Shown here in pieces: positions 32,524-42,313 of a DNA stretch of 64,000 nt. The translations under genes were made by a program, and so were the position numbers. The notes under the pieces are model-generated. The model saw only the letters and a list, made by a program, of their open reading frames with translations. It was not told the DNA's origin and did no database searches. Positions within the stretch are counted from its first letter, which is position 1, and each line of letters begins with the position of its first letter. Origin of the DNA: Verrucomicrobiia bacterium (lineage in GTDB: Bacteria; Verrucomicrobiota; Verrucomicrobiia; Limisphaerales; UBA1319); the NCBI GenBank assembly GCA_963664225.1, contig OY760937.1:1440001-1504000 (forward strand). The letters run 5' to 3'.

Positions 32524-33900
32524 ATGCAAACACCTCGTCAAACCAAAGCGGATTCCAAGGTTCTCAATCGACGGACATTCCTGAGCGTTTCAGCCGCAGC
32601 CACGGCTTCGTTCATGATCGTTCCGCGTCATGTCCTGGGCGGTGTCGGCCAGACTCCGCCGAGTGAAATATTAAACATTGGGGTTATCGGCGCGGGAGGC
32701 CGCGGCGCCGATGATATCGAGGGGGTAAAGAGCCAAAACATCGTGGCGCTCTGCGACGTGGATGAGCGCAACGCGGCCGAATCCTTTAAACGCTTTCCAA
32801 AGGCCAGTCGCCATCAGGATTTTCGAGTGATGCTGGAGAAGGAAAAAGGCATTGATGCCGTTGTCGTCGCCACCCCTGACCACATTCATGCCATTGCCTC
32901 AATGACCGCCCTGAAGCATGGGAAGCATGTCTATTGTGAGAAGCCTCTTACGCATACGGTTTATGAGGCGCGCGCCCTGGCCAAAGCGGCCGCACAAACG
33001 CATTTGGCGACCCAGATGGGCAATCAGGGCATGGCCTTTGACGGGAATCGTCTGATCAAGGAATGGCTTTCCGCCGGAGCCATCGGCCCGGTTCATGAAG
33101 TTCATGCCTGGTCGGACCGGCCCACGCACCGCGGAAAATTACCTCCATGGTGGCCCCAAGCCATCGAACGTCCTACGGAGACTCCGCCCATTCCGGACGG
33201 ACTTGATTGGGACCTGTGGCTTGGCCCGGCTCCCTGGCGTCCCTATCATCCAGCCTATGTGCCGTTCAAGTGGCGTGGATGGTGGGATTTCGGTTCGGGC
33301 GGCCTCGGTGACATGGGCATCCACAATCTGGCCCCCGTATTTTCCGCTTTGAAGCTCGGCCCGCCGCTGAGCGTCCACGCAAGCTCCACCCCTTTGTTCA
33401 AGGAAACGCTGCCGTCAGCGGCCATCGTGCATTATCAGTTTGCGGCGCGAGGCGACATGCCACCCGTGGCTTTGCATTGGTACGATGGCGGATTGTTGCC
33501 TCAACGTCCGGAGGAACTGGAGGATGAGCGCACGTTGGATCCCGAAGATGGAATCATCTTTGTTGGCGAAAAAGGAAAGATTCTGGTCACCGGTTGGGGA
33601 GGGGAGCATCCCCGCCTCATTCCCGAATCCAGGCATCGGGACTTCAAGGCGCCAGCAGCATCTCTTCCGCGCTCGATTGGGCATTATGAGGAATGGATTC
33701 TCGCCTGCAAACAAGGTGCCCACACAGAGTCCAATTTCGCCTTTGCGGGCCCGTTGACCGAAGCGGTGCAGTTGGGTTGTGTCGCCATCCGCATGAACGG
33801 TGAAAAGCTCCAATGGGACAGCGCAAACATGAAAATTCCAAATGTGCCCGAAGCGGAGGAATTCCTACACTATAAGTATCGGGATGGTTGGTCGCTTTAA
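32524..33900 (+). CDS. Tat-exported Gfo/Idh/MocA family oxidoreductase (paralog of 15005-16351)
   Basis: NRRTFL, IGAGGRG, ATPDHIH, YCEKP. Confidence 0.92.
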   Translation: MQTPRQTKADSKVLNRRTFLSVSAAATASFMIVPRHVLGGVGQTPPSEILNIGVIGAGGRGADDIEGVKSQNIVALCDVDERNAAESFKRFPKASRHQDFRVMLEKEKGIDAVVVATPDHIHAIASMTALKHGKHVYCEKPLTHTVYEARALAKAAAQTHLATQMGNQGMAFDGNRLIKEWLSAGAIGPVHEVHAWSDRPTHRGKLPPWWPQAIERPTETPPIPDGLDWDLWLGPAPWRPYHPAYVPFKWRGWWDFGSGGLGDMGIHNLAPVFSALKLGPPLSVHASSTPLFKETLPSAAIVHYQFAARGDMPPVALHWYDGGLLPQRPEELEDERTLDPEDGIIFVGEKGKILVTGWGGEHPRLIPESRHRDFKAPAASLPRSIGHYEEWILACKQGAHTESNFAFAGPLTEAVQLGCVAIRMNGEKLQWDSANMKIPNVPEAEEFLHYKYRDGWSL

Positions 33901-34017
33901 TGCCTGGCCGACTGGCAACTTTTTGGATGACGCCTGGAACCAGTCCGGAAGCATGGATTTGTTGATTCCTGCTTTAAGCGCATTGCATGACACCCCTTAA
34001 TCATTTAGATTCAAAGT

Positions 34018-34917
34018 ATGAAAGTCCTTATCGCGGGGTGCGGCTATGTCGGAATTCCATTGGGATCGGCGTTAACCAAAGGGGGGCACGAAGTGTTTGC
34101 GTGCAATCGCACCAATGCGCTTCAAGCCGAAATCGAAAAGGAAGGCATCCATTTTCTTTCTGGTGACGTCAGCAATCGCAGCTCTCTTGAGAAACTTCCG
34201 GCTCCATTCGATTGGGTCGTGGATCTGGTTTCCGCAGGCGGCGGCGGGGCCGTCGAGTATCGCCAGACCTATCTCGAAGGCGCTAAGAACCTCATTGACT
34301 GGCTGAAATCAGCGCCACCCAGGAAGTTTGTGTTCACCAGTAGCACGGCCGTGTACGGCCAGGATGATGGATCCCAGGTAAAAGAGGAGAGTCCGACTGA
34401 TCCCGCATCGGAAACCGGCCGCATTCTCGTTGAGACAGAACGCGTGCTCATGGAGGCTTTTCAAACACTGAAATTCCCATCGATCATACTGCGCGTGGCC
34501 GGAATTTATGGGCCGGACCGCGGATATTGGCTGCGCCAATTTCTCCAGAACCAGGCGGTCATTGAAGGAAATGGGGAGCGCTGTGTGAACATGATTCACC
34601 GGGATGACCTGGTTCAGATCATCATGGCCGCTTTGCAATCAGGCCGGCCTGGGCAGGTGTATAATGCGGTCGATGACGAACCCGTTTCGCAAATGCATTT
34701 ATTGCGCTGGCTATCGGACGCCACAGGCAAACCGATGCCACCGTTCTCCCCGGTATCACAGGCCAGCGCGCGGTCACGCCTTGTCACCCATAAGCGCGTG
34801 CTCAATCGAAGAATGAAGATGGAATTGGGGATTCAGCTTAAATATCCCAACTTTCGCCAGGGCTTGACGGCGGAAATTCAGCGTCTGGAGCAAATCGGCG
34901 CGGTGGACCTCGCATAG
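34018..34917 (+). CDS. NAD-dependent epimerase/dehydratase (atypical SDR)
   Basis: IAGCGYVG, SSTAVYG, GIYGP.R, IHRDD. Confidence 0.88.
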   Translation: MKVLIAGCGYVGIPLGSALTKGGHEVFACNRTNALQAEIEKEGIHFLSGDVSNRSSLEKLPAPFDWVVDLVSAGGGGAVEYRQTYLEGAKNLIDWLKSAPPRKFVFTSSTAVYGQDDGSQVKEESPTDPASETGRILVETERVLMEAFQTLKFPSIILRVAGIYGPDRGYWLRQFLQNQAVIEGNGERCVNMIHRDDLVQIIMAALQSGRPGQVYNAVDDEPVSQMHLLRWLSDATGKPMPPFSPVSQASARSRLVTHKRVLNRRMKMELGIQLKYPNFRQGLTAEIQRLEQIGAVDLA

Positions 34918-35004
34918 TTTTGGCGATTGTTTTTAGTCGATGGCCCACTCAAAAGGACAGGATTTTTCTTTCTTGGCGGGCTTCGATGCCTCAATCATTG
35001 AGGC

Positions 35005-36426
35005 ATGTTAACGGAACTTCGGTCAGTTCACTTTGTCGGGATTTGCGGGACGGCGATGGCTTCCGCCGCCGTGGCCATGCGGGAGGCAGGCTTTCAGGTG
35101 ACCGGCTCGGACCTCAATGTCTATCCGCCGATGTCCACATTTCTCGCAGATCGGAAAATCAGCGTGATGGCGGGCTACGAGGAATCCCACCTGGCGCACA
35201 AACCGGATCTTGTGGTGATTGGAAATGCCGTTTCACGCGGCAATCCTGAGGCCGAATTCGTTCTCGCAAACAAACTGCGCTACTGTTCGCTGCCGGAATT
35301 GCTGAAGGAATTCTTCATTCGCGGAAAACGTTCTCTGGTCGTTACAGGCACTCACGGCAAAACCACGACGTCATCGCTGCTTGCCTGGGTATTTGAGAGT
35401 TCCGGTCTGGCTCCCAGTTTTCTTATTGGGGGGATTCCGAGCAACCTGGGGCAGGGGGCCCGTTTCACAAAAGGCGACTGGTTTATCATCGAGGGGGATG
35501 AATATGACACCGCATTTTTTGACAAACGCAGCAAGTTTGTTCATTACCTGCCAGAGGTGGCCATCATCAACAACCTGGAATTTGACCACGCCGATATTTT
35601 TGAGAATCTTGCCGCGATTCAAACCAGTTTTAAAAGGCTCATCGCATTGGTCCCTCGCAACGGTTTATTGCTCGTCAACGGTGACGATCCCAATATTGTC
35701 CCGCTGCTAAATATAAATCATTGTCCTGTAAAACGCTTTGGTTTGGGACCGGATAACGATTATCGCGCCACCGAATGCCGTTATTCCCCGGATTCCTCCG
35801 AATTCAAAATGGGCCAGGATCATTTTCGCATCGGACTCGTGGGTGAATTGAACGTTCGCAATGCACTGGCCGTGGCGGCTTGCGCCTCGCATTGCGGCTT
35901 AAGTCATGCCCAGATTCAAAAGGCTTTCGAAACCTTCACTGGCATCCGTCGTCGCATGGAGATAAAGGGAAAGGGAAGAGGCGTCACCGTTGTGGACGAT
36001 TTCGGTCATCATCCCACCGCAATTCGTGAAACCATCAAAGCCTTGCGGTTGAAGTTTCCCGGTCAACCTCTTTGGGCTGTGTTCGAACCGCGCTCAAACA
36101 CCACGCGGCGCAATGTTTTCCAAACTGAACTTGCCTCGGCGCTGGCGGAGGCGGATCGAGTGGTTGTGGCTCAAGTGGCCCGGCTGGAGCAATTGCCCGC
36201 AGCCGAACGACTGGATCCAGCCCGATTGATGCGTGACCTCCAGTCTGCGGGAAAACCCGCCGTCTATCTTCCCGATGTGGACGCGATTGTTGAACATGTT
36301 GCTCAGAATGCCCTGGATGGCGATGTGGTTTGTGTCTTTAGCAACGGTGGATTCGGCGGCATACACACAAAACTGATCGAAAAGTTGAACGCGGAAAGCA
36401 TGCAGAACAATCAGAAATCTGCTTGA
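35005..36426 (+). CDS. mpl: UDP-N-acetylmuramate:L-alanyl-gamma-D-glutamyl-meso-diaminopimelate ligase
   Basis: GICGTAM, YPPMST, GTHGKTTT, EGDEYDTAFFDKRSKF, DDFGHHPT, EPRSNT. Confidence 0.94.
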   Translation: MLTELRSVHFVGICGTAMASAAVAMREAGFQVTGSDLNVYPPMSTFLADRKISVMAGYEESHLAHKPDLVVIGNAVSRGNPEAEFVLANKLRYCSLPELLKEFFIRGKRSLVVTGTHGKTTTSSLLAWVFESSGLAPSFLIGGIPSNLGQGARFTKGDWFIIEGDEYDTAFFDKRSKFVHYLPEVAIINNLEFDHADIFENLAAIQTSFKRLIALVPRNGLLLVNGDDPNIVPLLNINHCPVKRFGLGPDNDYRATECRYSPDSSEFKMGQDHFRIGLVGELNVRNALAVAACASHCGLSHAQIQKAFETFTGIRRRMEIKGKGRGVTVVDDFGHHPTAIRETIKALRLKFPGQPLWAVFEPRSNTTRRNVFQTELASALAEADRVVVAQVARLEQLPAAERLDPARLMRDLQSAGKPAVYLPDVDAIVEHVAQNALDGDVVCVFSNGGFGGIHTKLIEKLNAESMQNNQKSA

Positions 36427-37019
36427 GAGGAATGGCATGAAAAAGCTGCTGGGTAAATGTTTGCGCCCAGCCGGTTGAATTCGGATTTCATCGGCATTCT
36501 CATTTCAATGGCTGGCAGACACCTAAGACCACATGAAACGAGGCTTTAGGAATGAGTTGCGAAGAGGGGTCTGAATGATGGCGTATTAGATATAACAAAC
36601 ATTGTGCGAAGATTCTTCGGAGGTGTCCTGATCTACCGTTTCCTGCATTGCGATTTTATTGATAATTCCGCGCAAACTCAATTCCTTTGGATTTATGCAT
36701 ATTTATGCGCATTCCATTTGTTTGCAATCGCTTGCATCAGATTACTACGGAGACTTCAACTGCAACGATCCGCGCAAATGCATTTACGATCGATAATTCC
36801 GCCAATTTCAAATGTCCATTATAGGGTCTTACGGCTCAATTACTTAAACAGCCCAAACGAAAACAGGCCGCAAATTGCGCGAAATGGTAAGGTTGTGAAG
36901 TGCGCGCACAGCCTCATTCGGAGACAAATTTGATTTGTAGGGATATGTTCCAGCCCAAATCGATTTTTTGAGGTGCTCCCCTCGGTTTATTGCGATAAAA
37001 TGAACCCATTGGTTGCCAA

Positions 37020-37850
37020 ATGAATGACATATTTATAATTCTTAACCATTCCCAAGTGCGCAGTGCGCAGACGCTAACTGCATTTGATCACCGCATTGGT
37101 GCAAAACTCACGGATTGGGGAATTGCGACTTATACCGAGTCGGGAACCCAAATCTTTGCTCCTGAGAGAACTTCCGCCAAGAACTTAAAATCCCAACTGA
37201 CGGCTGCCTGCGAATGTCCCGGCAGCAAAGCTTTAGTGGCTCGAATCGTTACCAAGTCGGACGTCAATACAGCCAGCCGGCAGCCGATCGTGCTTAATTT
37301 TCTTGGGAGGGATTGGCTTTTTGTCAGCGATCTCGAGACTGAGACGATAAATTTTCGTGCCGAACGGCTTCCTGGCTCTCGGATCAATGGCAAAACAACC
37401 GCTTCTTCGTGCATCTTCGAATATTTACGCAATCGCGCTTTGGAATATGTCCCGAATGCTCCAAAACGTAGTCTTAAGGAAGCATTCTGTGAGGCCTTTA
37501 GTGATTTGCTTGAAGCCGCCCCAAAAGCAGGCTGTAGTATTGCTTTCACCAATGGCACACTCAGTTTTGTTTTCGTGTACCACCGGCCTGTCTACCTTTG
37601 TGATCCACCTATTCGAGGTTGTCCAACTGTGGTTTCAACTATCCGGTTGGCGAATAAAATAACGTCGAGGAAATTTGAACGAAACAATGATGTTAAAGCT
37701 ATTATGCTAATATTATACAATGACGATTTGGCTGAGATAGTCCATATTCCTAACCCGCAAAGAACCTTCGACCGTCGACGTAAACATAAGTGTGACTTGG
37801 AAGATCTGGCGGATTTGTTTAGAGATTATGAGACCATCGGCGGGAATTAA
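37020..37850 (+). CDS. Divergent class II glutamine amidotransferase (YafJ-like) homolog lacking catalytic motifs
   Basis: DWGIATY (cf. DGWGIAFY), LVARIV (cf. VAHIR), LGRDWLF (cf. GRxWxF), GKTTASSCIF (cf. GxTDSE), FTNG; no N-terminal Cys and no HNG. Confidence 0.55.
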   Translation: MNDIFIILNHSQVRSAQTLTAFDHRIGAKLTDWGIATYTESGTQIFAPERTSAKNLKSQLTAACECPGSKALVARIVTKSDVNTASRQPIVLNFLGRDWLFVSDLETETINFRAERLPGSRINGKTTASSCIFEYLRNRALEYVPNAPKRSLKEAFCEAFSDLLEAAPKAGCSIAFTNGTLSFVFVYHRPVYLCDPPIRGCPTVVSTIRLANKITSRKFERNNDVKAIMLILYNDDLAEIVHIPNPQRTFDRRRKHKCDLEDLADLFRDYETIGGN

Positions 37851-38465
37851 GTAAATAGGAAACGATGTCCCCCAAAAAACTTACAGCTGCAAACATTTCG
37901 ATGGTAAATAAGCTGTTGTGGACCGACAAAATAGATGTCCTTGTTCAAGGTCCATAGAGTGCAATCAAGCCAATCAATATGCAACTCATTCCACATCAAT
38001 GGTATGCTAAATTTATAAATGTTTGTGGTTTTGACTGCTCTTGAGGCTTTTTGGTTTTGGTTCCGGGCCTTTTAATCTGTCGGGATGGACGTCAGAAATT
38101 CTTTGCATGTTGTTCGTGCTTAATCAACCTGTTGGCAACGACTTATATAAGTCCATTCGTCAATTGTGGGGACCGCGAATGGTCGCAATATCCAATTGAT
38201 CTCAAACGCGCGCAGCGTTTGAGGATGCGGTTTCGGATATTGAGGTAAATTGATCGGATCAGCAAAGTCAGTGAGAATGAGATCCATTTCAACGCATTAC
38301 CGGAGACCGGACATGAAATAGATTTATATTTATGACATGCGATGTAATAGTATTACTATTACTATACATTAGATATAGGAATGTCTCAATGAACATTTTA
38401 TTCACATTGGACCATTATGCTGACAAAAGACATATCTCATAATATAACTCAGAATGAGCTAAATG

Positions 38466-39086
38466 TGACTCGGCTTAAAGATTCTCTCGATCGCTTGTTT
38501 TTTGCTCAACGCTTTATGCTTTTTCCGACGTTCAATGGAACGGTTGCACTGCCTTAATGGATAAGAACTTGCGAGGACATTTTTTCGGCCTTCATACCTT
38601 TTCGAGAGAACTATTCGGCAAAAACGGACTATGAACGATTCACTGCATGGGCAGGCTGGATCACAAAGCGCAGGATTTTCAGAACGCCTAAAAGGACAAC
38701 GGCAGCAGAAAACCGAGGTGCCGGAAACCGGGCAGGGCGTATTGCCACTGCTCTATCGTTATTGGAATTCTGAAAGCAAAGAGACGGCGGTGTCAATCTT
38801 GCTGTAAGGGCAAAGCGATGTGTATTTGTAGGACGCCGCATTCCCCTGCCCTGTGCCGCTCCTTTCAAATCCAACTTGGCGGATCCATCCGTTTGACTAT
38901 AATGATTCGGATTATAGAATTCTCTCGATCGGGTGTTGTTTGCTCAAAGGCTCGTGTCTTCTCCAGATTTTCTATGGAACAGCTGCACTACATTAATGGA
39001 TAAGGACTTGCGATTGTCATATTTCGACCTTCATACATTTTGAGAAAACTAATCGACAAAACCAAGGTATTAACGATTCGCTGAAT
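38466..39086 (+). repeat. Diverged ~180-bp direct repeat (38466-38648 and 38903-39086)
   Basis: Collinear shared words ATTCTCTCGATCG, TTTGCTCAA, ATGGAAC, TTAATGGATAAG, ACTTGCGA, CCTTCATAC, AACGATTC. Confidence 0.85.
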
Positions 39087-39174
39087 TTTAGCATCTTGAG
39101 ATTCGGCATTGCTCCCCTGCCCTGCCTCTAATAATTGATTGTGGATCAACCAATCGCCATGGCCGTGGCGACAA

Positions 39175-39441
39175 TCATTTTTCTGCGGCAGCTTCAATTT
39201 GCTCGAATTTGTCCCAGAGACTACGAATCACCATTTTTTGATCCGCGCCGCAGGCACCACAAATAGCATAGAATTCCACCACATCCAACCGACGTTGGCC
39301 AACCTCTAAACGCCCGACCAAATTACGTTCTCGCCCAAGCCGTTCTGCCAATTGACGTTGGCTAAGACCAGCTTTTCGTCGAATTTCCACAATGGTCTCC
39401 CTCAGGCATTCTGCCTGCCGCGTATATATTGTTTTGTCCAT
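39175..39441 (-). CDS. XRE-family HTH transcriptional regulator
   Basis: MDKTIYT...RRKAGLSQRQLAERLG...VGRLEVGQRRLDVVEF. Confidence 0.88.
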   Translation of the reverse strand: MDKTIYTRQAECLRETIVEIRRKAGLSQRQLAERLGRERNLVGRLEVGQRRLDVVEFYAICGACGADQKMVIRSLWDKFEQIEAAAEK

Positions 39442-39498
39442 GCCCCCATAATGAGAGCAATATTGGCTTGCACCCAAAATGCGAGCGGTTATAGTGCT

Positions 39499-40038
39499 AT
39501 GCATGAAAGTGCCTCCGCGAAGATGAACTGGAAAACGATATCGGGCCTAATCAGCCGAAAAGACGAAATGCAAAGCCAAACGGCCAAGCAGGATGAGATC
39601 TCGAAGTTGATTCGGATATACGATTGTCGCGTCACGGCATCCACCGGGGCGATGGTTCCTGCCGAAATGGCTGAACGGTTATGCAATTTGAATACCGCAC
39701 TGCCAGAATATGCAAAACGCGATGTCGTTCTGACGGGCCTAGCGATGATTTTGGAAATCTGCGAGCGCACCCCGAAACAACCCGCTCTAGAACTCAGATT
39801 AGGAGCTTTTAAGAGCCGCGGACAAACAAGCTTGGGACTCAGATCCCCATTGGAACTGGACCGGCGTCTGACCAAGATTGTTCAGAGTTTCCCTGGAGTT
39901 TCGAAACGTGACGTCATCGTTGCGGGCCTCGACTTGATTTTAACAAAATGTGAAGCAATAAATGGGGGTCCGTTCGCTTCAACTCAAGACCAAGCAGTTT
40001 CGAAAGAAGAAGGAGAAATGAAGAGCAATACACTCTAA
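39499..40038 (+). CDS. Hypothetical protein with two tandem ribbon-helix-helix-like repeats
   Basis: Internal duplication ...PAEMAERL...KRDVVLTGLAMILEICE and ...PLELDRRL...KRDVIVAGLDLILTKCE; start uncertain. Confidence 0.6.
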   Translation: MHESASAKMNWKTISGLISRKDEMQSQTAKQDEISKLIRIYDCRVTASTGAMVPAEMAERLCNLNTALPEYAKRDVVLTGLAMILEICERTPKQPALELRLGAFKSRGQTSLGLRSPLELDRRLTKIVQSFPGVSKRDVIVAGLDLILTKCEAINGGPFASTQDQAVSKEEGEMKSNTL

Positions 40039-40280
40039 ATCCGGCCAAGACATTCTGAAAAAAGCAACGAAGCGAAAAGAACGGCTGGGAGCCAGGCGTA
40101 ACGAGATCGCCGAAGAATTCGGTCATATTTTCGGCGAATTCATCAAATATATCGTTACTTTTCTTTCTGCTTTGCCGATCCCCACGACACTAAACATGTC
40201 GCCGAAGTTTGAATTGGCGGCCATTTTGATGTATTTGACGATGTGGCCTGTTACGGCCCGCAATGCCGTCGTATTTAGTG

Positions 40281-40404
40281 CCGTCGTGATTGACCGGCTC
40301 TCTGTGGAAAGAGGGCTTAACGATGGCTTGAGCCGGATGAAGGGAAACTTTCAAGTCCGGTTCTGAGGGGAGGGGGCAGTCGCAAGATTGCCTCCTTACC
40401 CGAC
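40281..40404 (+). mobile_element. Group II intron 3' fragment (domains V-VI)
   Basis: D5 GAGCCGGATGAAGGGAAACTTTCAAGTCCGGTTC (40330-40363), D6 hairpin ending ...TTACCCGAC. Confidence 0.9.
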
Positions 40405-41125
40405 TATGATGAACTGACGGCGGCGGACTCGCCGCAGGCCGGGAACATCCGCCGGGCGGGTTGCGCGGCGCACATGAGACGGTATTTTGACAAGGCTCAT
40501 GCGATCGATCCACAAGAGACGCAGGCCCTGGCGGTGGTGCAAAAGATCGCCAAACTTTACCTTGTGGAAAACCAGGCCCGGCAGGAGGGGCTGGATGCTG
40601 CGGGCCGACTGGCCCTGCGCCAGCAAAAGAGTGTGCCGGTGATGGCCGAGTTGAAAGCGCAGATTCAAAAACTCCAGACCACGGCTCTGCCCAAGAGTGC
40701 CCTGGGACGAGCCTGCCATTATGCCCTGGAGCAATGGGAACGCCTGGAAGTGTTTTTGAAAGACGGTGCGATTGACGCTGATAATAACAGATGCGAGAAC
40801 GGGATGAGACCCATCGCCCTGGGCCGCAAAAATTGGATGCTCATTGGCAGCGAATCCGCGGGGCCAAAGGTGGCGGCCATCCTGTCGGTCATCGAAACCT
40901 GCCGACGGTTGAAGCTCGACGTTCGGAAATATTTGAAAGACGTCTTGCACCCATTGTCCCGGTGGCCAGTGCCCAACCCGGCGCAACTGACGCCGTTGGC
41001 CTGGCAGCAACGCCAGAAACCCAAGACTTCCTAAATCGGGTTTTGGGAAATCAGGGAGTGCAGTAGCTGATTCGCTTTTACCCAGGGTCCCATCGCCAAT
41101 CCATTCATTCACTTGAATAGATTAC
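40405..41125 (+). mobile_element. IS66 family transposase C-terminal remnant with probable right end
   Basis: In frame from 40405: YDEL...AGCAAHMRRYF...PKSALGRACHYAL...DNNRCENGMRPIALGRKNW...ETCRR; stop at 41034; TTAC at 41122-41125 fits an IS66 end. Confidence 0.85.
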
Positions 41126-41357
41126 CCTGCCCGACCCCTTGCCGCCTATATGGTGTTGCCCACGCCAATACACTCAACAAGTCCTATTTGCGCCATTGTG
41201 ACGAACGAAGGCTGGTGAACAACCGACTGAAGCTATGGCTCCAGTCCGATAGAAACGCCGCATACCTCAATAGTAAATACATCAGAAGCGCAGTCCAAAC
41301 CTGCCAGCGCACCGCGTTGTCGCTGTTGCCCAGAAAGTCGGCCAGTTGCAGGATCTG

Positions 41358-42313
41358 GTCGGGTAAGAGGATGGCCTTTCGGCCACCCTCTCCCCTAAGA
41401 ACCGTACGGGAGACTTTCGCCTCATACGGCTCACGCCGTTGCAAAGCCCTGCTACGGGCAGGGCCGGTCCAATCATGACGGTTATTTTCCGTCACTCGTT
41501 TACAGCCAATGCTTTGCCGCTAAACGAGTGGGTCAGCAGCCGTTGCAAGATTTTCACCTTGCCCCAGCGTCTTTCCCGTGTGGCCTTCAAGATACGGGCT
41601 TGCAGCCTTTTTACCTGGCGTCGACACCGGTCCCAGTCGATCTGGTCCCAGTGCTGAATCAGGTCGGAGGATGCACACATGGATAAATCCACGTTCATTT
41701 GCGATTTCCTCCACAAAAAGGTTCTGCCAACGCTCTCGTGACGCTCGACCTGCTGGAAGTCTGCCCGCTTTCGCGGCGGGGCCATGTTGCCGCCCCTGTC
41801 CATTCTGTTATCGAATGGCTTTGGCTTGTTCCAGCTATCCTCTGCCCGGCACTCCATGGGTTGATCTTGCGGCGCACCTTGCCTCCGAGAAGGCGGAATA
41901 CCGGGTTTACCGTGTTTCGTTTACATAACACGAATGATTTAGCCCCCATCTCTACACCGGCAATCGACATTGTCCGTGTGCCCCGATTCAAAAGCGAGGC
42001 AACCGATTGCATACCTTTTGGTTTAAGCCTGATCAGCATCTTTGGCTTATTGGTTTAACGATGCTTGTGACGGTTCATTGTGTATTGGGCTTGTCATCCA
42101 GCCTGACCCTCCGTCCGCCTTGATGCTGGCGGTCGCAGAGACTTCCTCACGGTTGTCTCCTCCCTCCGAAAAGGGGAGGTATGTTGTCCCGGCAGCTTCC
42201 GACCCGACCGTTATCAGTCGCGCCGGTGCCGGTGGAGCTACTACAAACGGAATTGTAGGTTTAATCTATGGTTTTCATATTTAAACAATTACGTAAACGA
42301 CTTCACGTCGCAC
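41358..42313 (-). mobile_element. Group II intron (IIB-like), both ends intact, RT ORF internally deleted
   Basis: 5' GTGCG at 42313; D5 GAGCCGTATGAGGCGAAAGTCTCCCGTACGGTTC at 41432-41399; 3' end TTACCCGAC at 41358; removal restores the transposase frame (FFK|QIL). Confidence 0.92.
41492..41698 (-). pseudogene. Group II intron RT/maturase N-terminal remnant
   Basis: WDQIDW...VKRLQARILKA...WGKVKILQRLLTHSFSGKALAV, then a frameshifted RVTEN; the rest of the RT is absent. Confidence 0.88.

Noticed and set aside
36427..36600. tRNA or att site at the island's left boundary
   Set aside because: No cloverleaf or T-loop motif and no matching direct repeat found by eye
36661..36802. Short repeats GATAATTCCGC and TCCGCGCAAA as a possible CRISPR or iteron array
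   Set aside because: Only two copies each, irregular spacing, and no cas genes; no CRISPR array seen anywhere in the window
38466..39086. Repeat pair as DGR template/variable repeats
   Set aside because: Differences are not adenine-specific, include indels, and there is no intact RT or target gene
41492..41857. RT fragment as a retron, DGR or defence-associated RT
   Set aside because: It is the N-terminal part of a group II intron maturase inside recognisable intron ends, with no catalytic YADD domain
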